NCBI GenBank assembly: GCA_963728605.1
Contig: CAVSKS010000009.1
Coordinates: forward strand, 205,447 to 269,446
Length of the DNA: 64,000 bases
DNA from: an uncultured Chloroflexia bacterium
Lineage (GTDB): Bacteria; Chloroflexota; Limnocylindria; Limnocylindrales; CSP1-4
Direction of reading: 5' to 3'
Below are positions 46,216 to 55,978 of this stretch, piece after piece (the stretch's first letter is position 1; each line of letters opens with the position of its first letter). The position numbers were made by a program, and so were the translations under genes. Under the pieces are notes generated by a model, which worked only from the letters and a program-made list of their open reading frames with translations, searched no databases and had not been told where the DNA came from.

Positions 46216-47598
46216 TCAGGAACCGCCGCGCCTGCGGGCGCCACTCCGCCGCGTGCCAGCGCCCCGAAGTGCCCAAGCGGCCAGGGTCAGGGCGACCGCG
46301 AGCCCGGCTAGCAGTCCCGCCGGCAAATCCGCCCCTGGGTTCGGCGTGACCGCTGCGACGCGGTCGGTTGGCGGCGGAGTCGGCCGGCTCGTCGTGCCGG
46401 GAGCCGGCGCGAGGCCAGCTGTGGCGGTCCGAATCCAGGCCGTCGATGGGCCGCTTGGAGGTTCGTTGGGCCCCAGATATCGGCCCGCCACAAGCGCAGT
46501 CCCAGGCCCGACGGCGAGCCCGGCGAACCAGATCCCGCTATCTGGCAGCGGCCGGACGTCGAGCGGGACGCTCTCCCATCCGAGGCCCTCCCGGTCTGAC
46601 GTCCACGCCGGCTCCACGAACTCCTCTCCCGGTCTGCGCGGGCCAGTGCCGATCGCCAGGAAGCCGCCGGGTGCGGGCTCCACGAACATCAGGCCGATCC
46701 CGGGCAGGTCGCCGACCTTCTCGCTGACGTGCCACGACCGCCCGTCGAGCGAGGCCATCACCCGATCCGCCTGGTTTGTCGGGACGCGTTGCCATGGGAA
46801 TGTCGCCACCCACCGATCAGGCGTCCGGAACAAGGCACCGGGATACGTGACCCCGGGGCAGGTGGAGAAGAGCGGGTTGGCGTTGGCTGGCGTCCACGAC
46901 GAACCATCGACCGAGTACCAGAATGCGCCCCGGCAGGACCCTTCGTACCCGATCCCGTACAGGACGATCCCGTCGGGCGCCGCGTAGAGGTCCATCAGGG
47001 CGCCCGGTCCGGCGGGCTGGACGGGCGCGGGGTGGTCCACGAGACCCCAGGTGGCTCCGTCCGGGGAGGTGAGGAAGACGGGGTCGTCGGGTGTGCCGCC
47101 GGCAGCGACGAACCCGGTGGCTGTCGCGACGATGAACTGGATGGGCTCGGTAGCGGGGACGCTTGCCGGCGTCCACGATGCGCCATCGTCCGACCACCAG
47201 GCCGCGGCGACGGCCAACGTCTCCTCCTCGCCTGGGATAGCGCCGCCGACGACGATCCGGGTTCCGGCTGCGGCGACGGCGTTGAGTCCGCCCTTGGCTG
47301 GCTCGCCGCCGGAGTCGGCAAGTACCGCGCGGTTCCAGGTCGTCCCGTCCGTCGATGTCAGGACACCTGGCGTTCCCCAGGCAGGAAAGTCCAGAACGGG
47401 TTCCGGATCATTGACCGCGATGGCGAAGCCATCCTCCCAGGCCGTCACCCCGACCGCGTTGCCGCCAAACTGGGGGAGATCCGGGAGCTGGACCCAGCCC
47501 GTCGGCTCGGCAGCACTGGCACCCGGTGCCGCCGCATTTGACCAGACGAGCGCCACGGTCAACAAAGCGCCGATACCGACACCGAACCGTGGCCTCAT
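46216..47598 (-). CDS. secreted BNR/Asp-box repeat (beta-propeller) protein with C-terminal TM anchor
   Basis: Signal peptide plus five SxDxGxxW boxes: TSTDGTTW, WSDDGASW, TSPDGATW, YSVDGSSW and ASLDGRSW. The C-terminus is LPAGLLAGLAVALTLAAWAL followed by an Arg-rich tail. Confidence 0.75.
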   Translation of the reverse strand: MRPRFGVGIGALLTVALVWSNAAAPGASAAEPTGWVQLPDLPQFGGNAVGVTAWEDGFAIAVNDPEPVLDFPAWGTPGVLTSTDGTTWNRAVLADSGGEPAKGGLNAVAAAGTRIVVGGAIPGEEETLAVAAAWWSDDGASWTPASVPATEPIQFIVATATGFVAAGGTPDDPVFLTSPDGATWGLVDHPAPVQPAGPGALMDLYAAPDGIVLYGIGYEGSCRGAFWYSVDGSSWTPANANPLFSTCPGVTYPGALFRTPDRWVATFPWQRVPTNQADRVMASLDGRSWHVSEKVGDLPGIGLMFVEPAPGGFLAIGTGPRRPGEEFVEPAWTSDREGLGWESVPLDVRPLPDSGIWFAGLAVGPGTALVAGRYLGPNEPPSGPSTAWIRTATAGLAPAPGTTSRPTPPPTDRVAAVTPNPGADLPAGLLAGLAVALTLAAWALRGAGTRRSGARRRGGS

Positions 47599-47719
47599 GC
47601 GACGGTTCCTCCTGGCGCACTTGGATCACCGATCTGCTGGTCCGCCGTGGCCTCGCGATCGTACGCTTGGGCGTCAATGGCCCCCCTAAAGACCGGCCAG
47701 CCGCGTCAGAGCCTCAGCG

Positions 47720-48190
47720 TTACTCCCGCGGGTCCTCGGATTGGGGTTGGTACGGGACCAGCCTCCCGCGAATCACCCGCTGCTCGATCCGCTCCAGTAT
47801 TTCCAGGACGAACAGGGCGAGAGCCATCAAGCCGGCGCCGAACACGTACAGCCCGGCGCCGCAGGCCATCCCGATCGCCCCGACGCTCCACAGCGAGGCC
47901 GCGGTGCTGAGGCCGCGGATCGCCCCCTCGCCGCGGAGGATCGTCCCGGCGCCGATGAAGCCGATCCCGGTGACGATGCCGGCGGCGATCCGGGTCGGGT
48001 CGAAGTCGCCGGCGAAGCCGATGCTGCCGGTGACGGTGAACCCGGCCGCGCCAAGGCCGACCAGCGCGTGCGTCCGGAGGCCGGCCTGTTCCTGGTTGAG
48101 CTCCCGCTCGAGACCGATGATCGCGCTCAGCCCGACGGCGACGGCAACGCGGAGCAGAAGGTCCAGCTGGAGGCCGGGGTCCAATGCCAT
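47720..48190 (-). CDS. mgtC: MgtC/SapB family membrane protein
   Basis: The internal ATG at 48188-48190 gives MALDPGLQLDLLLRVAVAVGLSAIIGLERELNQEQAGLRTHALVGLGAA.... TATCGT lies 7 nt upstream, a leaderless-type arrangement. Confidence 0.8.
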   Translation of the reverse strand: MALDPGLQLDLLLRVAVAVGLSAIIGLERELNQEQAGLRTHALVGLGAAGFTVTGSIGFAGDFDPTRIAAGIVTGIGFIGAGTILRGEGAIRGLSTAASLWSVGAIGMACGAGLYVFGAGLMALALFVLEILERIEQRVIRGRLVPYQPQSEDPRE

Positions 48191-48209
48191 CCGGCCCACG
48201 ATACGCGGT

Positions 48210-48238
48210 TTGACGCTCTCCCGGACCGGCCGTACGCT
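48210..48238 (+). promoter_or_regulatory. sigma-70-type promoter TTGACG-N17-TACGCT
   Basis: ttgacg at 48210-48215, a 17-nt spacer, then tacgct at 48233-48238. It is bracketed by the inverted repeat ACGCGGT (48203-48209) / ACCGCGT (48244-48250). AGGAG at 48271-48275 precedes GTG 48280. Confidence 0.45.
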
Positions 48239-48279
48239 CCGGTACCGCGTTTCGGTCAGCCCCGCGTCGCAGGAGTCCC

Positions 48280-49206
48280 GTGGACGCCACGTCACCCACA
48301 CGAGCCTGGTGGAACTTCCATCCGTCCCCGCCGCCACCGCGCTCGATCGTCGAGCTGATCCGTGCCGGCACGGTCGACCCGACGCTCGCCGCGATGCTCT
48401 GGCTCCTGGTCGAGGCCCGCGTGCCACTGATCGTGGCGGCCCTCCGGTCCGGCGCCGGCAAGTCCACGATCCTCGAGACGCTGATGGACTTCCTCCCGCC
48501 GGGCACGCGACGGGTGGACCTGGCGGGGGTGACGGAGACGTTCGACTGGCTGCCGCACGCGCGCGAGCTGGGCTGGCAGGCCACCCCGCCGCCGGCCGGG
48601 GCGACGTCGATCCAGGCGATCCAGCCGTCGGCGACGTGGCTCGTCGCCGCCGAGCTCAGCGACCACCTGCCGATCTACACCTGGGGCGATGCGGCCCGCG
48701 TTGTGGTCCGGGCGATCACGGTGGGCTACGGCCTGGGGGCCACGATCCACGCCGACTCGCTGGAGGAAGTCCTCGACGCCCTGCATCGGCCGCCGGTCGC
48801 GTTGACCGACGACGAGCTGTCCCGGCTGGGCGTCGTCCTCGTCCTGCGGACCTACGCGCCACCCCCCGGCGACGTCAACAGCGGACCGCTTCGGCGGGTG
48901 GTTGCCGCCCACTACATCCGGCCGGTCTTCCGCGACGGTCACGGTCACGTCCAGCGCCTGGGTCCGGCCGTCCTGGCGACGTGGGACGAGGCCCGCGACC
49001 GGTTCGAGCATTTCGCCTGGGGCGTCCTGCCCGAGCTCGCCGAGCGGACCGGCCAGCGAGCCGGCGACTTCGAGGCCGACCTCCTTCGGCGGGAGGAGTA
49101 CCTCACCGGCCTGGCGGCGGCCGGCGTGACCGACGTCGCGGCGGTCCGAACCGCGATCGAGGGCTACCGGGCGGCCGCCTCGACCGCCGCCGGCAACCCG
49201 AATTGA
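48280..49206 (+). CDS. degenerate GspE/VirB11/CpaF-like secretion-ATPase core domain protein
   Basis: Walker A is VAALRSGAGKSTILETL. The Walker-B-like segment is WLVAAELSD and the His-box-like segment is VGYGLGATIHADSLEEVLDAL. The protein is only 308 aa and lacks the N-terminal domain of secretion ATPases. Confidence 0.6.
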   Translation: MDATSPTRAWWNFHPSPPPPRSIVELIRAGTVDPTLAAMLWLLVEARVPLIVAALRSGAGKSTILETLMDFLPPGTRRVDLAGVTETFDWLPHARELGWQATPPPAGATSIQAIQPSATWLVAAELSDHLPIYTWGDAARVVVRAITVGYGLGATIHADSLEEVLDALHRPPVALTDDELSRLGVVLVLRTYAPPPGDVNSGPLRRVVAAHYIRPVFRDGHGHVQRLGPAVLATWDEARDRFEHFAWGVLPELAERTGQRAGDFEADLLRREEYLTGLAAAGVTDVAAVRTAIEGYRAAASTAAGNPN

Positions 49207-49211
49207 GTCCC

Positions 49212-50649
49212 GTGGCCAAGCGTCCGGAGGCGGCCCGACCGGCGACGATCGGCGAGCTGCGGGCGTCGGGCTGGCACAGCCGGACGGTCAAGGAGGAGCT
49301 CCGCGCCAACCTCCTCGACCGGCTGGGCGAGGACCTGCCGATCCTGCCCGGCGTCGTCGGCTACGACGAGACCGTCCTGCCACAGGTCGAGAACGCGATC
49401 CTCGCCGGCCAGGATCTCGTGTTCCTGGGGGAGCGCGGACAGGCCAAGACGCGGATGGCCCGACTCCTGATCGGCCTGCTCGACGAGTACCTGCCGATCG
49501 TCCGCGGCGGGGAGCTCAACGACGATCCGTTCGCACCCATCTCCCCCGCGGCCCGGGCCGTCGTGGCCGAGCTGGGCGACGACGCGCCGGTCGACTGGCT
49601 GCCCCGCGACCGGCGCTACGCGGAGAAGCTGGCCACGCCCGACATCACCATCGCCGACCTCATCGGCGAGGTCGATCCCGTCCGGGTAGCCGAGGGGCGC
49701 TACCTCAGCGACGAGCTGACGATCCATTACGGCCTGATCCCGCGGGCCAACCGCGGCATCTTCGCGATCAACGAGCTGCCGGACCTGGCCGAGCGGATCC
49801 AGGTGGGCCTGCTCAACATCCTCGAGGAGCGCGACGTCCAGATCCGGGGGTTCGTCGTCCGTCTGCCGCTGGACCTGCTGGTGGTGGCGAGCGCCAACCC
49901 GGAGGACTACACGTCCCGGGGGCGGATCATCACCCCCCTCAAGGATCGCCTCGGCTCACAGATCCGGACCCACTACCCGCGGACCCTGGAGCACGAGATC
50001 CAGATCGTCCGCCAGGAGAAGCAGCGGTTCGAAACGGGCGATGCCCCCGACCGTCGTGGTGCCGGCCTTCATGGAGGAGCTGATCGCCGAGCTGACCCAC
50101 CTCGCCCGGCGCTCGCCGGAGATCTCCCAGCGGTCCGGGGTGAGCGTCCGGGTGAGCGTGGCCAACACGGAGGTCCTGGAGGCCGCAGCACTCAAGCGGG
50201 CCGTCCGGCTGGGCGAACCGATGGCCGCTCCCCGGATCTCCGACCTGGGCGCGGTCATCGCCTCGACAACCGGCAAGGTGGAGCTCGAGTCGGTCGGCGA
50301 CGATGCACCCGAGGACCGGATCGTGGAGCGGTTGATCACCAAGGCGCTGTTCGCGACCTTCGGCCGGCGGGTGGACCTCGATGACCTCGAGGAGGTGATC
50401 CTCGCGTTCGAGGAGGGGTTCAGCGTCGAGACGGGCGATCGCGTCCCGTCGAAGGAGTACGTCCGGTGGGCCCACGAGGTCCCCGGACTGGACGATGCCG
50501 TCCACCGGCTGGGGGCGTTCGACGTCACGGACGGGGCCAGCGACCCCGCGGTCCTGGCATCGGCGGTCGAGTTCCTCCTGGAGGGTCTACATCTCGGCCG
50601 GCGGATCAACAAGGACCGCGTCGGGGGCGCGGTCCGCTACAGCCGCTGA
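49212..50649 (+). pseudogene. BchI/ChlI-like (Mg-chelatase-type) AAA+ ATPase with a 1-nt frameshift in a C5 run
   Basis: GTG at 49212 gives VAKRPEAARPATIGELRASGW.... Walker A variant FLGERGQAKTRMARLL, plus IFAINELPDLAERIQVGLLNILEERDV. Frame changes at ccccc 50044-50048: ...RFETGDAP then TVVVPAFMEELIAELTHLARRSPEISQRSGVSVR (ORF 50041-50649). Confidence 0.8.
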
Positions 50650-50657
50650 CGCCGGCG

Positions 50658-52775
50658 ATGGCGTTCTTCAGTCCCGACCGGCGCGACCTCCGGAGCCCGG
50701 GTGGGATCGTCCGGGCCGACGGTCGGCCCCTGAACCGGGCCAGGTTCTCCCGTTGGGACGGCAGCCAGACGGTCCCCGATCTCGACGCCGACGAGATCCT
50801 CGACCAGCTCGCCGACGACGTCATGGCCGAGGGCGACGTGGCCTCCGCTCTGCGGCGGCTGATGGAGCGAGGCTGGCGATCCGGCGACCCGTCACGACGC
50901 GATCTCGCCGGCCTGCAGGACCTGATGGAACGGATCCAGCGGGAGCGGGAGGAGGTCCTCGACCGGTACCGCCTTGGCGATGTCCTGGCCGACGTGCGGC
51001 GCGAGCTCGATGAGATCGTGGCCCAGGAGCGGGCCGGCGTGGAGGACCGCCTCGATCGCGCCAGCCGGGCGACAGCGCCCGACTCGGCGGACGGCGATGA
51101 CGCCGACCTCCGGCGGCTGCTCCGGGACCAGGCGGCCCGGCGGCTGGACCAGCTCGACGCGCTGCCGCCCGATCCCGGTGGCCGGATCCGCGAGCTGACC
51201 GAGTACGACTTCCTCGAGCCCGATGCCCGCAGCCGTTTCGACGACCTCGTCGAGCGGTTGCGCCGGCAGGTGCTCGACCAGTACGTCGCCGGGCTGTCGG
51301 AGGCGATCGCCGGCATCACCCCGGAGGACCTGGCAGCCAACCGGGAGATGGTTCGGGACCTCAACAACCTCCTCCAGGAGCGATTGGCCGGTCGCGATCC
51401 CGACCCATCGGAGTTCCTGCAGAAGCATGGCCGCTTCTTCCCGGGTGCCCGGAACCTCGACGACATCGTCGATCAGCTGGCCGAGCGGATGGCCGCCATG
51501 CAGTCCCTCCTCCGGTCGATGACGCCGGAGCAGCGGGCGGAGCTGGAGGCCATGACCGACGCCCTGCTGCGGGACGACCGGCTGCGCTGGGACCTGGCCC
51601 AGCTGGCCGCGACGATGGACCAGCTGCTGCCCGGTGGCCTTGGCGACCGGTTCCGCTTCGGGGGCGACGAGCCGTTGGGCCTCGACGGCGCGCTGGAGCA
51701 GATCGGACGCCTCCACGCGCTCGATTCGCTCGAGGATGCCCTCACCGACATCGGCGAACCCGGCGACCTGGCCTCGATCGATCGCGACCGCGTCCGCGAC
51801 GTCCTGGGCGAGGAGTCCGTTCGCGACCTCGATGCCCTCGACGACCTTGCCCGGCGCCTCGAGGAGGCCGGTTACCTTACCCGCCAGGGCGACCGCCTGG
51901 AGCTGACCCCGCGGGGCAGCCGGCGGATCGGCCAGAAGGTCCTCGACGACCTGTTCGCCCGGCTCCGCCGGGACGCGTTCGGTGGCCATCGGCTGGACGG
52001 CTCGGGGCGGGGTGGCGAGCGCGAGGAGACGACCAAGCCATACGAGTTCGGCGACCCGTTCCACCTCGATCTCAACCGGACCCTGGCCAACGCGCTGACC
52101 CGCGAGGAGAACGCGCCCCGGCTACGGGCGACCCGCGGTCGCCCCGGCCTGGCCCTCGACCCCGCCGACTTCGAGGTCTTCCGGACCGAGCAGCTGACGT
52201 CGTCGGCCACCGTGCTGCTGGTCGACATGAGCCGGTCGATGCTGCTCCGCGGCTGCTTCGTGGCCGCCAAGAAGGTGGCGGTCGCCCTCAGCACGCTGAT
52301 CCGGACCCAGTTCCCGCGCGACCACCTGACGATCGTCGGCTTTGCCTACTACGCCCGCGAGATCCGCTCCGAAGCCCTCGCCGAGCTCACCTGGCACGGC
52401 TACGAGTACGGCACGAACCTCCAGCACGGGCTGATGCTGGCCCGCCGGATCCTCGCCCGGCAGCATGCCGCCAACCGCGAGATCGTGGTGATCACCGATG
52501 GCGAGCCGACGGCCCACTTCGAGGACGGCCAGGTTGAGTTCAGCTACCCGCCCACCCGGCGGACGATCCAGGAGACGCTTCGCGAGGTGCGCCGCTGCAC
52601 GAAGGAGGGGATCACGATCAACACCTTCATGCTCGAGCGCTCGCGGGCGCTGGCCGATTTCGTGGGAATCGTGACGCGGATGAACCGCGGCCGGGCGTTC
52701 TATGCCTCGCCGGAGCACCTGGGCGAGTACGTCCTGGTGGACTTCGTCTCGCGGCGGACACGCCGGGCTTCGTAG
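50658..52775 (+). CDS. large VWA-domain protein with long helical/acidic N-terminal region
   Basis: Internal ATG at 50658 (MAFFSPDRRDL...). The C-terminal VWA domain has the MIDAS motif TVLLVDMSRSML, ...VITDGEPTAH. Confidence 0.8.
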   Translation: MAFFSPDRRDLRSPGGIVRADGRPLNRARFSRWDGSQTVPDLDADEILDQLADDVMAEGDVASALRRLMERGWRSGDPSRRDLAGLQDLMERIQREREEVLDRYRLGDVLADVRRELDEIVAQERAGVEDRLDRASRATAPDSADGDDADLRRLLRDQAARRLDQLDALPPDPGGRIRELTEYDFLEPDARSRFDDLVERLRRQVLDQYVAGLSEAIAGITPEDLAANREMVRDLNNLLQERLAGRDPDPSEFLQKHGRFFPGARNLDDIVDQLAERMAAMQSLLRSMTPEQRAELEAMTDALLRDDRLRWDLAQLAATMDQLLPGGLGDRFRFGGDEPLGLDGALEQIGRLHALDSLEDALTDIGEPGDLASIDRDRVRDVLGEESVRDLDALDDLARRLEEAGYLTRQGDRLELTPRGSRRIGQKVLDDLFARLRRDAFGGHRLDGSGRGGEREETTKPYEFGDPFHLDLNRTLANALTREENAPRLRATRGRPGLALDPADFEVFRTEQLTSSATVLLVDMSRSMLLRGCFVAAKKVAVALSTLIRTQFPRDHLTIVGFAYYAREIRSEALAELTWHGYEYGTNLQHGLMLARRILARQHAANREIVVITDGEPTAHFEDGQVEFSYPPTRRTIQETLREVRRCTKEGITINTFMLERSRALADFVGIVTRMNRGRAFYASPEHLGEYVLVDFVSRRTRRAS

Positions 52776-52823
52776 TCGCTATCGTGGCCCGGGACGGTGC
52801 CGATCGATCGTGCGAGGTGAGGG

Positions 52824-53303
52824 ATGAGCCTGTTTCAGCTGTTGTTGCTCCTCCACGTGCTCGGGGCGATCGTGGCCTTCGGACCCACATTCGCCTTTCC
52901 GATCATCGGGGCGATGGGCGGCAAGGAGCCGCAGCACGCCAACTTCGCGACGCGGGTGTCCTACACGATCGGCGACCGCCTGGTCGGACCACTGGCCCTC
53001 GTCCAGGGCGTGACCGGCGTGGGGTTGATCCTGGTGGGCAATCGGAACCTCATGGCCCGCGACAACTGGTGGCTGGACATCGCGATCGTCCTGTACCTCG
53101 TCGCCCTCGCGTTCTCGATCTTCGTCCAGAGCCGCAACGTGACCCGGATCATCGAAATGACATCCGCTCCTCCACCGCCCGGCGCAAGCGGCCCGCCGCC
53201 CGAGCTGGCGTCGCTGATCCAGCGCGTCCGGCGCGGCGGGATCTTCACCGCGACCCTGGTCGTGATCATCGTCGCCCTGATGGTGCTGAAGCCGCAGTTC
53301 TGA
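52824..53303 (+). CDS. DUF2269-like four-TM membrane protein
   Basis: MSLFQLLLLLHVLGAIVAFGPTFAFPIIG... with four hydrophobic segments. GAGGTGAGGG lies upstream. Confidence 0.55.
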   Translation: MSLFQLLLLLHVLGAIVAFGPTFAFPIIGAMGGKEPQHANFATRVSYTIGDRLVGPLALVQGVTGVGLILVGNRNLMARDNWWLDIAIVLYLVALAFSIFVQSRNVTRIIEMTSAPPPPGASGPPPELASLIQRVRRGGIFTATLVVIIVALMVLKPQF

Positions 53304-53361
53304 CGCTGCGCCACGGGCTGGCTACCATGGTCGGGCGCCCAACCCGACCCAGGAGTACCCG

Positions 53362-54768
53362 ATGGCCAACGTTGCCGCTTCCGCGCCGGACCTCCTCGCC
53401 CGACTCGACGGCATCTGCCGGATCGACGGCGACCGGCTGACCGTCCTCGACGAGGCACGCCTGCGGGGCGAGGGGATCCGCGACGTAGCCTGGACCGCGG
53501 CCTTCTCCGACGATGAGGGAGCCGTGGCCGCGGCGCGGTGGATTGCCTGGGAGGCGAGCCAGGCGCTGGGCGCCCGGTCGGCGAGCATCCACGAGTTGTA
53601 CCTGGCCCGGGGGCGTGGCGAGGTCGACGGATTCACCGTTCCGGCGATCAACATCCGGACCCAGACGTTCGACATGGCCCGGACGATCGCCGAGGCGGCG
53701 ATCGAGCAGGGGGTCGGCACGGTCATCTACGAGCTCGCCCGGAGCGAGCAGACGTACACCTTCCAGCGACCCATCGATTACTCGACCGCGGTCCTCTGCG
53801 GCGTCGTCGCGGCAGGCTGGCGGGGCCCCGTGTTCATCCAGGGCGACCACTACCAGTTCAATGCCAAGAAGTACGCCGACGACCCGGAGTCGATGACCGA
53901 GGAGATCCGCCGCGCCTGCCGCCTGGCGATCGACGCCGGCTACCGGAACATCGACATCGATTCGTCGACCCTGGTGGACCTGTCGAAGGAGACGCTCGAC
54001 GAGGAGCAGCGCGAGAACTATCGACGCGCGGCGGAACTGACGGCCCTGATCCGGTCGCTCGAGCCCGACGGCGTGACGATCAGCGTCGGCGGCGAGATCG
54101 GGGAGGTCGGCAAGAAGAACTCGACCGAGGAGGAGCTGCGCGCCTACCTCGACGGCTATGTGCGCGAGCTGGACGTGCAGGCCTCAGGGGCGCCCGGCCT
54201 CTCCAAGGTCAGCGTCCAAACCGGCACCTCCCACGGCGGCGTGCCGCTGCCCGGTGGCGGCGTGGCGGAGGTCAAGCTGGATTTCGACGTCCTCCGCCGG
54301 CTGGGCGAGGTGGCCCGCGAATACGGCCTGGCCGGCGCCGTGCAGCACGGCGCATCCACCCTGCCGGACGAGCTCTTCCACCAATTCCGGGCCGTCGAGA
54401 CCGCCGAGATCCACCTCGCCACCGGTTTTCAGAACCTGCTCTACGAGCACTCGGCCTTCCCCGAGGCGCTGCACCGCGAGATCCAGGAGTGGTGCTTCGG
54501 CAATGCCCAGGACGAGCGCAAGGCCGATCAGACCGACGAGCAGTTCGTCTACACCACCCGGAAGAAGGCACTGGGCCCATTCAAGCGGCAGCTGTGGGAC
54601 CTCGCCGAGAAGGACGACATCCTGGCCGCCCAGCGCCGCAAGGTCTCGTTCCTGTTCACCGAGCTCGGCGTCAACGACACGCGATCGATGGTGGAGGGGT
54701 ACATCAAGCCGGTCGAGGTCCACCAGGCTCTGCCGGAGGCGCTTCGGGCGGTCGTCGCCGCGGGCTGA
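53362..54768 (+). CDS. class II (metal-dependent) fructose/ketose-bisphosphate aldolase family protein, long form
   Basis: FTVPAINIRT..., FIQGDHYQF, NIDIDSSTL, VSVQTGTSHGG, AVQHGASTLP. Candidate promoter cTGACG-N17-TACCAT at 53300-53328. Confidence 0.7.
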   Translation: MANVAASAPDLLARLDGICRIDGDRLTVLDEARLRGEGIRDVAWTAAFSDDEGAVAAARWIAWEASQALGARSASIHELYLARGRGEVDGFTVPAINIRTQTFDMARTIAEAAIEQGVGTVIYELARSEQTYTFQRPIDYSTAVLCGVVAAGWRGPVFIQGDHYQFNAKKYADDPESMTEEIRRACRLAIDAGYRNIDIDSSTLVDLSKETLDEEQRENYRRAAELTALIRSLEPDGVTISVGGEIGEVGKKNSTEEELRAYLDGYVRELDVQASGAPGLSKVSVQTGTSHGGVPLPGGGVAEVKLDFDVLRRLGEVAREYGLAGAVQHGASTLPDELFHQFRAVETAEIHLATGFQNLLYEHSAFPEALHREIQEWCFGNAQDERKADQTDEQFVYTTRKKALGPFKRQLWDLAEKDDILAAQRRKVSFLFTELGVNDTRSMVEGYIKPVEVHQALPEALRAVVAAG

Positions 54769-54851
54769 TCGTCCGCGCCATCGTCATTCGTCAATCGACG
54801 AGCGCTTCACCGCGGGCGATGCTCGCCGCTCGCCGCTCACCGAGGAGACCG

Positions 54852-55946
54852 ATGACCGTCACGACCGATCCTGCCCACGACGTCCGCCGCGATGCCCTGG
54901 CCGGCCGAATGTTCGCGGCCACGCTTGGCGCCTTCGACCTGCTGGCCATCCATCTTGGGCTCGACCTCGGCCTGTACCGAGTCCTGGCCGAGGGCGGGCC
55001 GGCCACCACCGCGGAGGCCGCCTTGCGAACCGGGGTTGCGCCGCGGTATGTCCGCGAATGGCTGGAGCACCAGGCCGTGGCCGGGATCCTCGACGTCGAC
55101 GATCCGGGCGCCGAACCGGAATCGCGGCGCTACACCCTCCCGTCTGGCCACGCCGAGGCAATTCTCGATCCGGAAAGCCTTGCTGCGGTCCCGCCACTGG
55201 CCCGGTTCGTCCTGGCCGGCGCGAGGACGTATCCACAGCTCCTTGGCGCCTACCGCAGCGGCGGTGGCGTGGCGTGGGACGCCTACCCAGGGCTCGTCGA
55301 GGCGCAGGAGCTGGCCAACCGGCCGATCTTCGCGAACCTGCTGGCGACCGAGTGGCTGCCCGCGATCCCGGATGTTCATGCCCGACTTGCCGGCGGTGGT
55401 GCGCGAGTCGCCGACCTTGGTTGTGGGGCGGGCTGGTCGACGATCGCGATCGCCCGGGGCTACCCGGGCGCGGTCGTCGACGGGATCGACGTCGATCCCG
55501 AGTCGATCAGCCGGGCTCAGGCAAACGCCGACGCGGCCGGTCTCGCCGATCGAGCCCGCTTCCGGCTTCTCGACGCGGCCCGCAGCGACGGCGACGGCAC
55601 GTACGACCTGGTCACGATCTTCGAGGCCGTCCATGACCTGGCAAGGCCCGTCGAGGTGCTCGCGGCAGCGCGTCGGCTCCTCGCCCCGGGTGGGACCGTG
55701 CTCGTCGTCGACGAGCGGGTCGCCGAGCAGTTCACCGCCCCGGGCGACGAGATCGAGCGGCTCATGTACTCGTACAGCGTCCTGTTCTGCCTGGCCAACA
55801 GCCTGGCCGACCAGCCGTCGGTCGGAACGGGCACCGTCATGCGACCGTCGACGCTCCAGGCCTATGCCCAGGCCGCCGGGTTCTCCGCGGTGACCACGCT
55901 CCCGATCGAGCACGACGTCTTCCGGCTCTACCGCCTGGATCCGTAG
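54852..55946 (+). CDS. SAM-dependent methyltransferase with N-terminal wHTH/dimerisation domain (O-methyltransferase-like)
   Basis: Internal ATG at 54852, preceded by GAGGAG. Motif I is VADLGCGAGWSTIAIA. ...YDLVTIFEAVHDL.... Confidence 0.75.
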   Translation: MTVTTDPAHDVRRDALAGRMFAATLGAFDLLAIHLGLDLGLYRVLAEGGPATTAEAALRTGVAPRYVREWLEHQAVAGILDVDDPGAEPESRRYTLPSGHAEAILDPESLAAVPPLARFVLAGARTYPQLLGAYRSGGGVAWDAYPGLVEAQELANRPIFANLLATEWLPAIPDVHARLAGGGARVADLGCGAGWSTIAIARGYPGAVVDGIDVDPESISRAQANADAAGLADRARFRLLDAARSDGDGTYDLVTIFEAVHDLARPVEVLAAARRLLAPGGTVLVVDERVAEQFTAPGDEIERLMYSYSVLFCLANSLADQPSVGTGTVMRPSTLQAYAQAAGFSAVTTLPIEHDVFRLYRLDP

Positions 55947-55978
55947 CCCGCCCCGTTCCCGGATCGCCGCAACGGCCG

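Noticed and set aside
47526-49211. First 560 codons of the 952-aa plus-strand ORF 47526-50384
   Set aside because: This part overlaps mgtC (other strand) and is out of frame with the P-loop gene. Its translation is Pro/Arg/Ala-rich with no motifs. Only the portion from GTG 49212 (the BchI-like ATPase) is credible.
53538-54851. Upstream 438 codons of the 802-aa ORF 53538-55946, and similarly 59435-59737 of ORF 59435-62176
   Set aside because: These stretches are off-frame read-through across the aldolase and phosphoesterase genes, with Arg/Gly/Pro-rich translations. The real genes begin at internal ATGs preceded by GAGGAG (54852) and GGAGGAG (59738).
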